A stretch of 64,000 bases of DNA from an uncultured virus (IMG/VR IMGVR_UViG_3300008266_011815) (lineage: Duplodnaviria; Heunggongvirae; Uroviricota; Caudoviricetes). The stretch is taken from IMG/VR virus record IMGVR_UViG_3300008266_011815; one strand, given 5' to 3'. The notes under the pieces are model-generated. The model was given only the letters and a program-made list of their open reading frames with translations, had not been told where the DNA came from and ran no database searches. Positions 39,661-47,004 of this stretch are shown here, piece after piece (the first letter of the stretch is position 1; each line of letters opens with the position of its first letter). The position numbers were made by a program, and so were the translations under genes.

Positions 39661-40458
39661 ATGTACACAAAAACTTACAGAAGTATTTTTATATCAGATG
39701 TGCATCTTGGAGCGAAAGATAGTAAAGCACAGATTTTAAATAATTTTTTAAAACATAATAGCTGTGAACAACTTTACTTAGTAGGTGACATAATAGACGG
39801 ATGGAAAATAAAACAAAATAAATGGCGTTGGAAACAAAGTCATACTAATGTAGTTCGTCGAGTATTAGGTCACGCAAAAAGAGATACCAAGATAATCTAC
39901 GTCTTAGGTAATCACGACGAATTCATACGACCATTCCTTAATTACAATATTAATTTTGATATGATCACAGTGTGTAATCAATATGATCATATTGGCAAAG
40001 ACGGAAAACGTTATCTAGTAATTCACGGAGATTTATTTGATGGCATAACTCGTATAGCACCTTGGCTAACATTTTTAGGAGACAAAGCCTATGACTTCAT
40101 CTTATCAGTTAATAATAGAGTTAATTGGATCCTACATAGAATGGGTATTGGCTATTTTAGTCTTAGCCGTTTCCTTAAGCACAAGGTAAAAAAAGCTGTT
40201 GATTTTATTTTTGAATTTGAAAAAACTCTAGCAGCTTATTGTAAAAAACGAGGATATGACGGAGTAATATGCGGTCATATACACAATGCTGAAATAAAAG
40301 AGATTGATGGTGTAACATATATGAATGACGGTGATTGGGTAGAAAGCTGTACGGCTCTTGTCGAACATCATGACGGTCGTTGGGAAATTGTATTTTGGAC
40401 TAAGGATTCAGACAATGTGGATGATGATATTGATAGCAGTACACATAAACGATCCTAA
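39661..40458 (+). CDS. PlcP-like / LpxH-family metallophosphoesterase
   Basis: SDVHLG, LVGDIIDGW, GNHDE, HGD.FD, CGHIH, NDGDWVESCTAL.E. Confidence 0.85.
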   Translation: MYTKTYRSIFISDVHLGAKDSKAQILNNFLKHNSCEQLYLVGDIIDGWKIKQNKWRWKQSHTNVVRRVLGHAKRDTKIIYVLGNHDEFIRPFLNYNINFDMITVCNQYDHIGKDGKRYLVIHGDLFDGITRIAPWLTFLGDKAYDFILSVNNRVNWILHRMGIGYFSLSRFLKHKVKKAVDFIFEFEKTLAAYCKKRGYDGVICGHIHNAEIKEIDGVTYMNDGDWVESCTALVEHHDGRWEIVFWTKDSDNVDDDIDSSTHKRS

Positions 40459-40588
40459 AGATATACCCGGAAAGATCACATTACAATTCCAAACACAGCA
40501 GCAATGTGAGCAGACATTACAGTCAATGACCTATTGGTTAAAGTTTGAAAATTTTAAGGTAGAAGGAAAATGTCAAAAAATATCCTAA
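40415..40588 (+). CDS. small secreted/membrane protein
   Basis: MWMMILIAV...QCEQ...VEGKC; AAGGA RBS. Confidence 0.6.
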   Translation: MWMMILIAVHINDPKDIPGKITLQFQTQQQCEQTLQSMTYWLKFENFKVEGKCQKIS

Positions 40589-41289
40589 GTGAAAAACTCA
40601 CTATTATAATTCCTTGTAAAAATGAAGAACGATATATAGGCCAGTTGCTTGATTCATTACGACTACAAAAGGTAGGCAATACAAGAATAATTATTGCCGA
40701 TTGTTCAACTGATAGTACTAGAGATATAATAACAAACAATCGTTCATTTCTTAATGTAGAGATCATTGACGGTGGACCTGTTGCTATGGCAAGAAACAGT
40801 GCAGCTAAATTAGTTACTACACCTTACATATTGTTTATAGATGCTGATGTAATATTTTTTGACAGCTCTACAATTCGAGATGCTGTGTTTGAATTTGAAT
40901 TGGATAATTTAGACTTAATAGGTGCTAATATTAGATGCTATGAAAATGACTGGAGAGCAGAACTTAGTTTCTTCATTTTCAATCAACTTAATCACATTTT
41001 GAAATACTTTTCACCCTTTGCGGTAGGTGCTTTTATGCTTACTAGAAAAGACAAGTTTGACGAGTTTGGGGGATTTCCTGAGCAGTTCACAACATCAGAA
41101 GACTTTTTTTTATCATCAAAATACGATGTGAAAAAATTTAAAATCATTAATCACTATTATGGCCAAGATAGTCGCAGATTTAAAAAAATGGGATATTTTG
41201 GAATGGCATGGTACATGATAAAAAATTTTATCAATTTAAAAAATCCGTCATACTGGAAAAAATCAATTCATAACAAGTATTGGTCATAA
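40570..41289 (+). CDS. family 2 glycosyltransferase
   Basis: IIIPCKNEE, ADCSTD, ARN, FIDAD, SED. Confidence 0.92.
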   Translation: MSKNILSEKLTIIIPCKNEERYIGQLLDSLRLQKVGNTRIIIADCSTDSTRDIITNNRSFLNVEIIDGGPVAMARNSAAKLVTTPYILFIDADVIFFDSSTIRDAVFEFELDNLDLIGANIRCYENDWRAELSFFIFNQLNHILKYFSPFAVGAFMLTRKDKFDEFGGFPEQFTTSEDFFLSSKYDVKKFKIINHYYGQDSRRFKKMGYFGMAWYMIKNFINLKNPSYWKKSIHNKYWS

Positions 41290-41351
41290 TGTAATATTTG
41301 AGTAAAAAAATTGTAATTTGTAACACGCTTGTAATCATTTTGTGTTTAAAT
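41290..41351 (+). promoter_or_regulatory. Pho-box-like repeats upstream of pstS
   Basis: TGTAA-like units at 11-bp spacing; TGTAATCATTTTGTGTTTAAAT identical to 39633-39654. Confidence 0.72.
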
Positions 41352-41400
41352 ATTTGTGTAAGACAGGGTCGTCTTACAACACTCAAATAGGAGACACACA

Positions 41401-42426
41401 ATGCGACACTTAATCGCAACAGTTTTATTAGCAGTATCCTCCCTGGCATCAGCAGCCGATCTAACAGGAGCAGGTGCTACATTTCCATATCCAATCTATA
41501 GCAAATGGGCCGAAGCATACAAAGCCGCAACTGGTATTGGTTTAAATTATCAATCAATTGGTAGTGGCGGTGGCATCCGTCAAATCAAAGCTAAGATTGT
41601 AGACTTTGGTGCTAGTGATATGCCACTAAAACAAGATGAATTAGACAAAGAAGGTCTAATGCAATTCCCAGCAATTATTGGAGGAGTTGTACCAGTCGTC
41701 AACATCGATGGTGTTAGTGCCGGACAACTTAAACTTACCTCAGACGTTATTGCTGATATCTATATGGGCAAGATTACTAAATGGGATCATCCTAGTATCA
41801 CAGCAATTAACCCAGGAGTAAAATTACCTAACGCAAATATCTCTGTGGTACATCGCAGTGATGGTTCAGGTACAACATTTATATGGACCAACTGGTTAAG
41901 TAAGACTAATCCGGAATGGGCAGATAAAGTTAAAGATGGCACAGCAGTGAAATGGCCAGTTGGCGTAGGTGGCAAAGGTAACGAAGGTGTAAGTGCCGTA
42001 GTTCAACAACTCAAGAACAGCATTGGCTATGTGGAGTATGCCTATGCCAAGCGCAACAAGATTCCACACGCACAAGTCAAAAATCGTGACGGTAATTTTG
42101 TACAGCCTAGCGATGACACATTCAAGGCCGCAGCAGCCAACGCAGACTGGAACAGTGCTCCAGGAATGTATTTGTTACTAACAGATCAGAAAGGCAAGGA
42201 TGCTTGGCCTATTACTGGTGCCAGTTTCATTCTTATGCATAAACAACAGTCAGACGCATTAACAGGTCGTGCTGTACTTAAATTCTTTGACTGGAGTTAC
42301 AAGAACGGTAGCAAGATGAGTGAAGATTTAGAATATGTTCACTTGCCACAATCAGTTATCAAACTAGTACAAGACAACTGGAAACGGGATCTAAAAGGCC
42401 CAGACAACAATCCAATTTGGAAGTAA
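41401..42426 (+). CDS. pstS: phosphate ABC transporter substrate-binding protein
   Basis: GAGATFPYP, YQSIGSGGG, DFGASD, RSDGSGTT. Confidence 0.97.
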   Translation: MRHLIATVLLAVSSLASAADLTGAGATFPYPIYSKWAEAYKAATGIGLNYQSIGSGGGIRQIKAKIVDFGASDMPLKQDELDKEGLMQFPAIIGGVVPVVNIDGVSAGQLKLTSDVIADIYMGKITKWDHPSITAINPGVKLPNANISVVHRSDGSGTTFIWTNWLSKTNPEWADKVKDGTAVKWPVGVGGKGNEGVSAVVQQLKNSIGYVEYAYAKRNKIPHAQVKNRDGNFVQPSDDTFKAAAANADWNSAPGMYLLLTDQKGKDAWPITGASFILMHKQQSDALTGRAVLKFFDWSYKNGSKMSEDLEYVHLPQSVIKLVQDNWKRDLKGPDNNPIWK

Positions 42427-42431
42427 TCAAC

Positions 42432-42461
42432 TTGACAACCGTTGGCATTTAATGTTATAAT
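42432..42461 (+). promoter_or_regulatory. sigma70-type promoter overlapping a terminator-like hairpin
   Basis: TTGACA-N18-TATAAT with extended TG; AACCGTTGGCATT..AATGCTAACGGTT plus T run. Confidence 0.6.
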
Positions 42462-42488
42462 GCTAACGGTTTTTTATAAGGACACACA

Positions 42489-43901
42489 ATGAAAACATTT
42501 ACAAAATTAGCACTTGCCACTTCTTTGGCATTTTGCTTTACGGCGCCGGCCATGGCCGATGAATACAAAGATACACTTGATCTTTTACTGCAAAAAGGTA
42601 TTATTACTCAACAAGAGTACAATACAAAAATTGAAGCACACACTGAGCGTTTAGAGAACAAACAGTTCAATGCTGCTCGTATTGATAAAGATTTACGTGA
42701 TAACAACAATTCAAGATTTACAAAGGCTAATGATGGTTCAGTTACAGAAAACGGAATCGGACTCAAAAGCAAAGATGGCAACAATACCATCCAGCTTACA
42801 GGTCGACTACATATGGACTATCGTCAGTACTCCCCGGATTATGGTACAGGTCAAACCACAGATTCGTATCAGAACCTAGCAGAAGTTCGTCGTGCTAGAT
42901 TTGGTGTTCGTGGACAGTTTGCCAAAGACTTCAAATATCAGTTGTTGGCTAACTTTGGTAATGATGCTGGTTCAAGTTCTACTACAACCACAGCAGACGA
43001 AATGTGGGTAAACTATGCGGCTAATCCTGAAATGCAATTTCAGTTTGGTTTATTTAAAATGCCTTTCAGCTTAGAGCAATTAACTAGTTCTAATAATATT
43101 GATTTTATGGAGCGTAGTTTAATTGGTAATACTGACGGTGAGTTTATTCCTGCTAAGGAAACTGGCTTTATGTTACACGGTATTCCTAAACCTGGCTTAA
43201 CTTATGCTTTAGCATTAAGCCGCGGTCGTGCTAATAAAGACGCTACCAATGACGGATTTGACTACATCGGTCGCGTAACAACAAACGTTGCCGAACTACA
43301 AGGTAGCAAGGCCTATGTGTTACACCTAGGAGCAGCATACAGTACAGGTGATATCAAAAGTGGTGTAATACCAGCTAGCGGTAGAACTGAGGCACGAACA
43401 CAATCAGGTTGGTTCACAGGTTCTGCGTTATCAGGCAACACAACAAGAACACGTCAAGGTCTTGAAGCAGCATTTGCCTACAACGGTCTAAAGGTACAAG
43501 GTGAGCAATTCCAATTTAATTATGATCCTACTACAGGTAACGATCAGAAAATAAATGGATACTATGTTCAAGCTGTATACAACCTAACAGGTGAATCACA
43601 CGCATACAAAGATGGTACATTTGGTTGGATCAAACCAAATAATCCTACTGACAAAGGTGGACGTGGTGCTTGGCAAGTTGGTGTACGTATGAGCGAGTTT
43701 GATGCTAGTGACATCTCAGTAGCTACAGGCAAATCTAATCGTGCTACTGCTATGACATATGGCGTCACTTGGTTCGCTACAGACAACCTACGTTTTATGT
43801 TAAACTATGTAGACACAAAGTTTGATGCATTAGTTGGCAGTTCAGGTAGTCGTGTAAATGGCGAACGTGCTGTTATGTTAAGAAGTCAACTTAGTTTTTA
43901 A
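42489..43901 (+). CDS. phosphate-selective porin (OprO/OprP family)
   Basis: Signal peptide; GRLHMD, RRARFG, FKMPFSLEQLTS, FMERS; C-terminal Phe. Confidence 0.88.
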   Translation: MKTFTKLALATSLAFCFTAPAMADEYKDTLDLLLQKGIITQQEYNTKIEAHTERLENKQFNAARIDKDLRDNNNSRFTKANDGSVTENGIGLKSKDGNNTIQLTGRLHMDYRQYSPDYGTGQTTDSYQNLAEVRRARFGVRGQFAKDFKYQLLANFGNDAGSSSTTTTADEMWVNYAANPEMQFQFGLFKMPFSLEQLTSSNNIDFMERSLIGNTDGEFIPAKETGFMLHGIPKPGLTYALALSRGRANKDATNDGFDYIGRVTTNVAELQGSKAYVLHLGAAYSTGDIKSGVIPASGRTEARTQSGWFTGSALSGNTTRTRQGLEAAFAYNGLKVQGEQFQFNYDPTTGNDQKINGYYVQAVYNLTGESHAYKDGTFGWIKPNNPTDKGGRGAWQVGVRMSEFDASDISVATGKSNRATAMTYGVTWFATDNLRFMLNYVDTKFDALVGSSGSRVNGERAVMLRSQLSF

Positions 43902-43947
43902 ATCGAGCACATTTATAGAGTGCTGCGGGAACTCGTAACCCGTAACA

Positions 43948-43969
43948 AAAGGACCCATCGGGTCCTTTC
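43948..43969 (+). terminator. rho-independent terminator
   Basis: AAAGGACCC-atc-GGGTCCTTT. Confidence 0.75.
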
Positions 43970-44018
43970 TTGTTAATAAAAAATAAAGTTGCAAAAAAGC
44001 CACATTTCAGGCAGGTTC

Positions 44019-44047
44019 TTGACAAAAGATATAAATACTCATATAAT
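44019..44047 (+). promoter_or_regulatory. consensus sigma70 promoter P1 of the tRNA array, with embedded TATAAATA
   Basis: TTGACA-N17-TATAAT; TATAAATA at 44030-44037. Confidence 0.85.
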
Positions 44048-44105
44048 AGACTCATAGTTAAGTTTGTTGTTGAAATAGCAATTTTACCAAAAAGGTAAAA
44101 AGTTA

Positions 44106-44134
44106 TTGACAACAAGGGCAAATGACTATATACT
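44106..44134 (+). promoter_or_regulatory. sigma70 promoter P2 of the tRNA array
   Basis: TTGACA-N17-TATACT. Confidence 0.8.
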
Positions 44135-44182
44135 TGTGTCATGCGTTAGAGATAACGTTAATTTTAGGAAAACAGAAAGAAA

Positions 44183-44314
44183 ATGAAACTTACACTCAAT
44201 CATACAATTTATTGTATAGCCAAGCAAGGGAGCTTTATGCCCTCTTATTGGTCAGCGATTGAGAGTAATGATCGTACACCAGGCAAAGGGTCCATGGAGG
44301 ATCGTGTAGCGTAG
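44183..44314 (+). CDS. candidate attenuator leader peptide (43 aa, all 20 amino acids)
   Basis: MKLTLNHTIYCIAKQGSFMPSYWSAIESNDRTPGKGSMEDRVA*; lies between the promoters and a terminator. Confidence 0.7.
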   Translation: MKLTLNHTIYCIAKQGSFMPSYWSAIESNDRTPGKGSMEDRVA

Positions 44315-44339
44315 TAAAATACAAAACACAAACTTCAAA

Positions 44340-44377
44340 GGACCCTAGGATTAAAAACCCTGGGGTTTTTTGTTTTT
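44340..44377 (+). terminator. attenuator-type terminator before the tRNA array
   Basis: GGACCCTAGG-attaaaaac-CCTGGGGTTT plus T-rich tail; 5' arm also complementary to AGGGTCC at 44287-44293. Confidence 0.85.
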
Positions 44378-44575
44378 AGCAGTACAGTGTGTATAGGGAA
44401 CGCGACCCTGCTAGGCACTATAAACATCTAGCTATTAATGAGGGCGGCCTACCGGATGATAAGTCTATGGCGGTAACGTAGATGTGTAAAATGGTAGCGT
44501 AGTAAAGTATATTACTATTTTGGCAGGCACTAGGTAATATACTTTACTACACACATTCTAAAGAGTGTGTGATTT

Positions 44576-44664
44576 GGGTGGTGCCCCTTACGGCGGTCTG
44601 TAAAACCGTTGGCATTGTAAAGTAAGGAAGTTGCCTCGTGGAGCGTTACCATCACCACCCACCA
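44576..44664 (+). tRNA. atypical tRNA-Tyr(GTA) lacking a D-arm
   Basis: 8-bp acceptor GGGTGGTG/CACCACCC plus ACCA; loop CTGTAAA; long variable arm; T-loop AGCGTTA. Confidence 0.65.
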
Positions 44665-44670
44665 GATTAA

Positions 44671-44746
44671 GTCCCGTTCATCTAGAGGCCCAGGATACCG
44701 CCCTTTCACGGCGAACACACCGGTTCGAATCCGGTACGGGACGCCA
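44671..44746 (+). tRNA. tRNA-Glu(TTC)
   Basis: Cloverleaf, loop CTTTCAC, CCA. Confidence 0.95.
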
Positions 44747-44752
44747 AATAAT

Positions 44753-44826
44753 TCCGGTGTAGTATAATGGCAGTGCGACGGTCTCCAAAACCGTTAGTGG
44801 GGGTTCGATTCCCTCCACCGGAGCCA
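44753..44826 (+). tRNA. tRNA-Trp(CCA)
   Basis: Cloverleaf, loop CTCCAAA, CCA. Confidence 0.95.
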
Positions 44827-44832
44827 AGTATA

Positions 44833-44908
44833 GGTCTTAAAGTGTTCATGGACGCACGACGGCTTGTCACGCCGTAAGAGTGGGGATCGTTACCCCCTAA
44901 GACCGCCA
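44833..44908 (+). tRNA. tRNA-Asp(GTC)
   Basis: Loop TTGTCAC; T-loop ATCGTTA; CCA. Confidence 0.9.
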
Positions 44909-44913
44909 AGTTT

Positions 44914-44989
44914 GCAGATAATGGATAGGACGGGCATCTATTGGTGCCTAACACCGGTTGTCGCAGAGGTTCGAGTCCTCTGGTCTGCA
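44914..44989 (+). tRNA. tRNA-like element with CTA at the anticodon position (amber-suppressor-like or pseudo-tRNA)
   Basis: D stem GGAT/ATCT; TTGGT-GCCTAAC-ACCGG; T arm AGAGG-TTCGAGT-CCTCT; no encoded CCA. Confidence 0.5.
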
Positions 44990-45198
44990 TTAAGTTTAGA
45001 GGAGAACAATCATGGGGGCGTGACAGTTATGATAATGGTTGGAATTTTATTAATGTATATACACAAAAATTTACGATAAGGAGATCCTGTTATGGATAGT
45101 GACAAGAGTTGTAAGGGTGGTTTGTTAAGATACGGTTACACATACCAAAACAAGCATAAGCTTGCAGCAATTATGTGGCAACTGTACGGTGTAAGAAT

Positions 45199-45275
45199 GG
45201 GTGCGTAACTCAGTTGGTTAGAGTATCTGACTTTTAATCAGAGAGTCGTGAGTTCGAGTCTCACCGCACCTACCA
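45199..45275 (+). tRNA. tRNA-Lys(TTT)
   Basis: Cloverleaf, loop CTTTTAA, CCA. Confidence 0.95.
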
Positions 45276-45355
45276 TATAAAAACACATTCAAACACATAA
45301 TGGCGTCCGGAGCTATGGGTTACTGTTACGAGAATCCAAGAATGTGTTTTTATAT

Positions 45356-45431
45356 GGTAATGTAGCATAGTGGCTAATGCAGCACCTTCATACGGTGTTT
45401 ATCGTAGGTTCGAGTCCTACCATTACTACCA
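45356..45431 (+). tRNA. tRNA-Met(CAT), elongator-like
   Basis: Loop TTCATAC, CCA. Confidence 0.9.
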
Positions 45432-45433
45432 GT

Positions 45434-45507
45434 GCCCTTGTAGCTCAAAAGTAGAGCACTCGACTGATAATCGAAAGACGTAGGAGCGTTACCTTCCAAG
45501 GGTACCA
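45434..45507 (+). tRNA. tRNA-Ile(GAT)
   Basis: Loop CTGATAA; T-loop AGCGTTA; CCA. Confidence 0.88.
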
Positions 45508-45517
45508 TAAAGTTTAT

Positions 45518-45594
45518 TGACCAGTAGCACAGTTGGTAGTTGCGTCTGACTGTTAATCAGAATGTCGTAGGTTCGAGCCCTACCTGGTCAGCCA
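45518..45594 (+). tRNA. tRNA-Asn(GTT)
   Basis: Loop CTGTTAA, CCA. Confidence 0.95.
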
Positions 45595-45747
45595 ATACTC
45601 GCCCTTGTTGACGGCGTAGAGTAGGACAAATTGTCAACAGTCTACAGACCCCCGCTTTACTAGGTTGTGCGGTAAACAACCTAGACCGATTAAATAACAG
45701 TATGAAAGAGCTACTAAATCAAGTATCTTAAGTACATTCCTATCATT

Positions 45748-45909
45748 ATGATTTTAGCCGGATTAGGATATGGCATATTCTATTGGACGCAAAATTATAA
45801 AGATCCTTACGTCTGCGTGAACAATCATGTATTCGAACAACTTAGAATAGATTCCGACATTTATGTGTTTAAAGGCGGAACCTGTGTCGATTCTAAAGAT
45901 TTAAAATAA
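45748..45909 (+). CDS. small membrane protein (start possibly frameshifted from 45702)
   Basis: MILAGLGYGIFYWTQNYKDPYVCVNNHVFEQLRIDSDIYVFKGGTCVDSKDLK. Confidence 0.5.
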   Translation: MILAGLGYGIFYWTQNYKDPYVCVNNHVFEQLRIDSDIYVFKGGTCVDSKDLK

Positions 45910-45912
45910 TTA

Positions 45913-45988
45913 GGGCTGTGATTGAGCTGGGGTTCTTGGCTGCTTTGCAAGCAGTTATCGGTGGGTTCGATTCCCACACGGTCCACCA
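45913..45988 (+). tRNA. tRNA-Ala(TGC)
   Basis: Loop TTTGCAA; G3:U70; CCA. Confidence 0.88.
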
Positions 45989-45994
45989 TACAAT

Positions 45995-46070
45995 TGGGGA
46001 GTAGATCAATTGGTAGATCAACGGGTTTTGATCCCGCAGGTTGCAGGTTCGAGTCCTGTCTCCCTTGCCA
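45995..46070 (+). tRNA. tRNA-Gln(TTG)
   Basis: Loop TTTTGAT, CCA. Confidence 0.92.
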
Positions 46071-46072
46071 AT

Positions 46073-46148
46073 ACCGCTGTAGTGAAATAGGATATCATAC
46101 AACCCTGCGAAGGTTGAGTCTCAGGTTCAACTCCTGATGGCGGTGCCA
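46073..46148 (+). tRNA. tRNA-Arg(GCG)
   Basis: CAACC-CTGCGAA-GGTTG; CCA. Confidence 0.88.
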
Positions 46149-46154
46149 AACAAT

Positions 46155-46230
46155 GGTGTCATTAGTGTAGTGGCCTGCACCCTGCTCTGTGAAAGCAGTA
46201 GTACCGGATCGATACCGGTATGGCACCCCA
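46155..46230 (+). tRNA. tRNA-His(GTG)
   Basis: Loop CTGTGAA; G-1:C73; CCA. Confidence 0.92.
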
Positions 46231-46232
46231 AT

Positions 46233-46306
46233 GCTCTTATAGTATAAAGGTATTACACTACATTGGTAATGTAGAAACTCTGGATCGTTACCAGATAGGA
46301 GCACCA
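46233..46306 (+). tRNA. tRNA-Thr(GGT)
   Basis: Loop TTGGTAA; T-loop ATCGTTA; CCA. Confidence 0.9.
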
Positions 46307-46310
46307 ATTT

Positions 46311-46386
46311 GCTGCTTTAGCTGATGTGGTCATAGCGGCGGTCTGAAGAGCCGTTGAACGTGGTTCGATTCCACGAGGCAGCACCA
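46311..46386 (+). tRNA. tRNA-Phe(GAA)
   Basis: Loop CTGAAGA, CCA. Confidence 0.93.
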
Positions 46387-46394
46387 ACTAATAT

Positions 46395-46468
46395 GGCCTC
46401 ATATCTCAAAAGTAGAGCACTCGACTGATAATCGAAAGACGTAGTAGCGTTACCTGCTAAGGCTACCA
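46395..46468 (+). tRNA. second, degenerate tRNA-Ile(GAT)
   Basis: Central core identical to 45434..45507; different and imperfect acceptor and T stems. Confidence 0.6.
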
Positions 46469-47004
46469 GTAAAGTAAGGAAGAAATATTTTTTCTGCTTC
46501 TTCCCAAGTTATTCTTTTATCTGTGTTGATATGTTTTAATGCAAAAGAATAGCACTGTCTAAAAGTATTGCCATTGTGTACAGAATGTAGATCGTGTGCA
46601 TTAACTAAGGACACTGAATCTAAAATGCCTTGGTCTAAGATATCTAAGTCGTTAAGAGTGTAACCTCCCTCAACAGTTTCTCCTAGCGTATTAGTATAAG
46701 TCTTTATAGACTGTCCTGATTTTATTTTATACCAAATCATTTTAGCCTGTTGGCTATTGTAGATAAAATTTATTTTTACACAACCATATTCTGGACTACT
46801 GTCTCTATGTATGGTATACTGTTGATTAGGTACTGCAATTAACATTCTTGGAATGTCATAAGCGAGTCCAAGGGAACTTAACCAATTTTTAAAATTTTGA
46901 TCTATCATGTGTTCTTTAATTTCTAATTCTACATGAACCTTGATAGGTGGAAATTTGTAAGGCTTGAATTCAAATGGAAGATTAAGATAGTGATAACATT
47001 TCAT
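46450..47004 (-). CDS. cupin/2OG-Fe(II) dioxygenase-like protein
   Basis: IHRD...HSVHN...RQCYS. Confidence 0.65.
   Translation of the reverse strand: MKCYHYLNLPFEFKPYKFPPIKVHVELEIKEHMIDQNFKNWLSSLGLAYDIPRMLIAVPNQQYTIHRDSSPEYGCVKINFIYNSQQAKMIWYKIKSGQSIKTYTNTLGETVEGGYTLNDLDILDQGILDSVSLVNAHDLHSVHNGNTFRQCYSFALKHINTDKRITWEEAEKIFLPYFTGSLSR

Noticed and set aside
44449..44498. Hammerhead ribozyme (CGGATGA resembling CUGAUGA)
   Set aside because: The core U is missing and no GAAA is correctly placed.
45595..45645. Theta (HDV-like) ribozyme after tRNA-Asn
   Set aside because: No room for P3/L3 between the P2 5' strand and the P1 3' strand; the tRNA already encodes CCA.
44530..46307. ORF-track proteins overlapping the first tRNA block
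   Set aside because: They are sense or antisense translations of tRNA genes.
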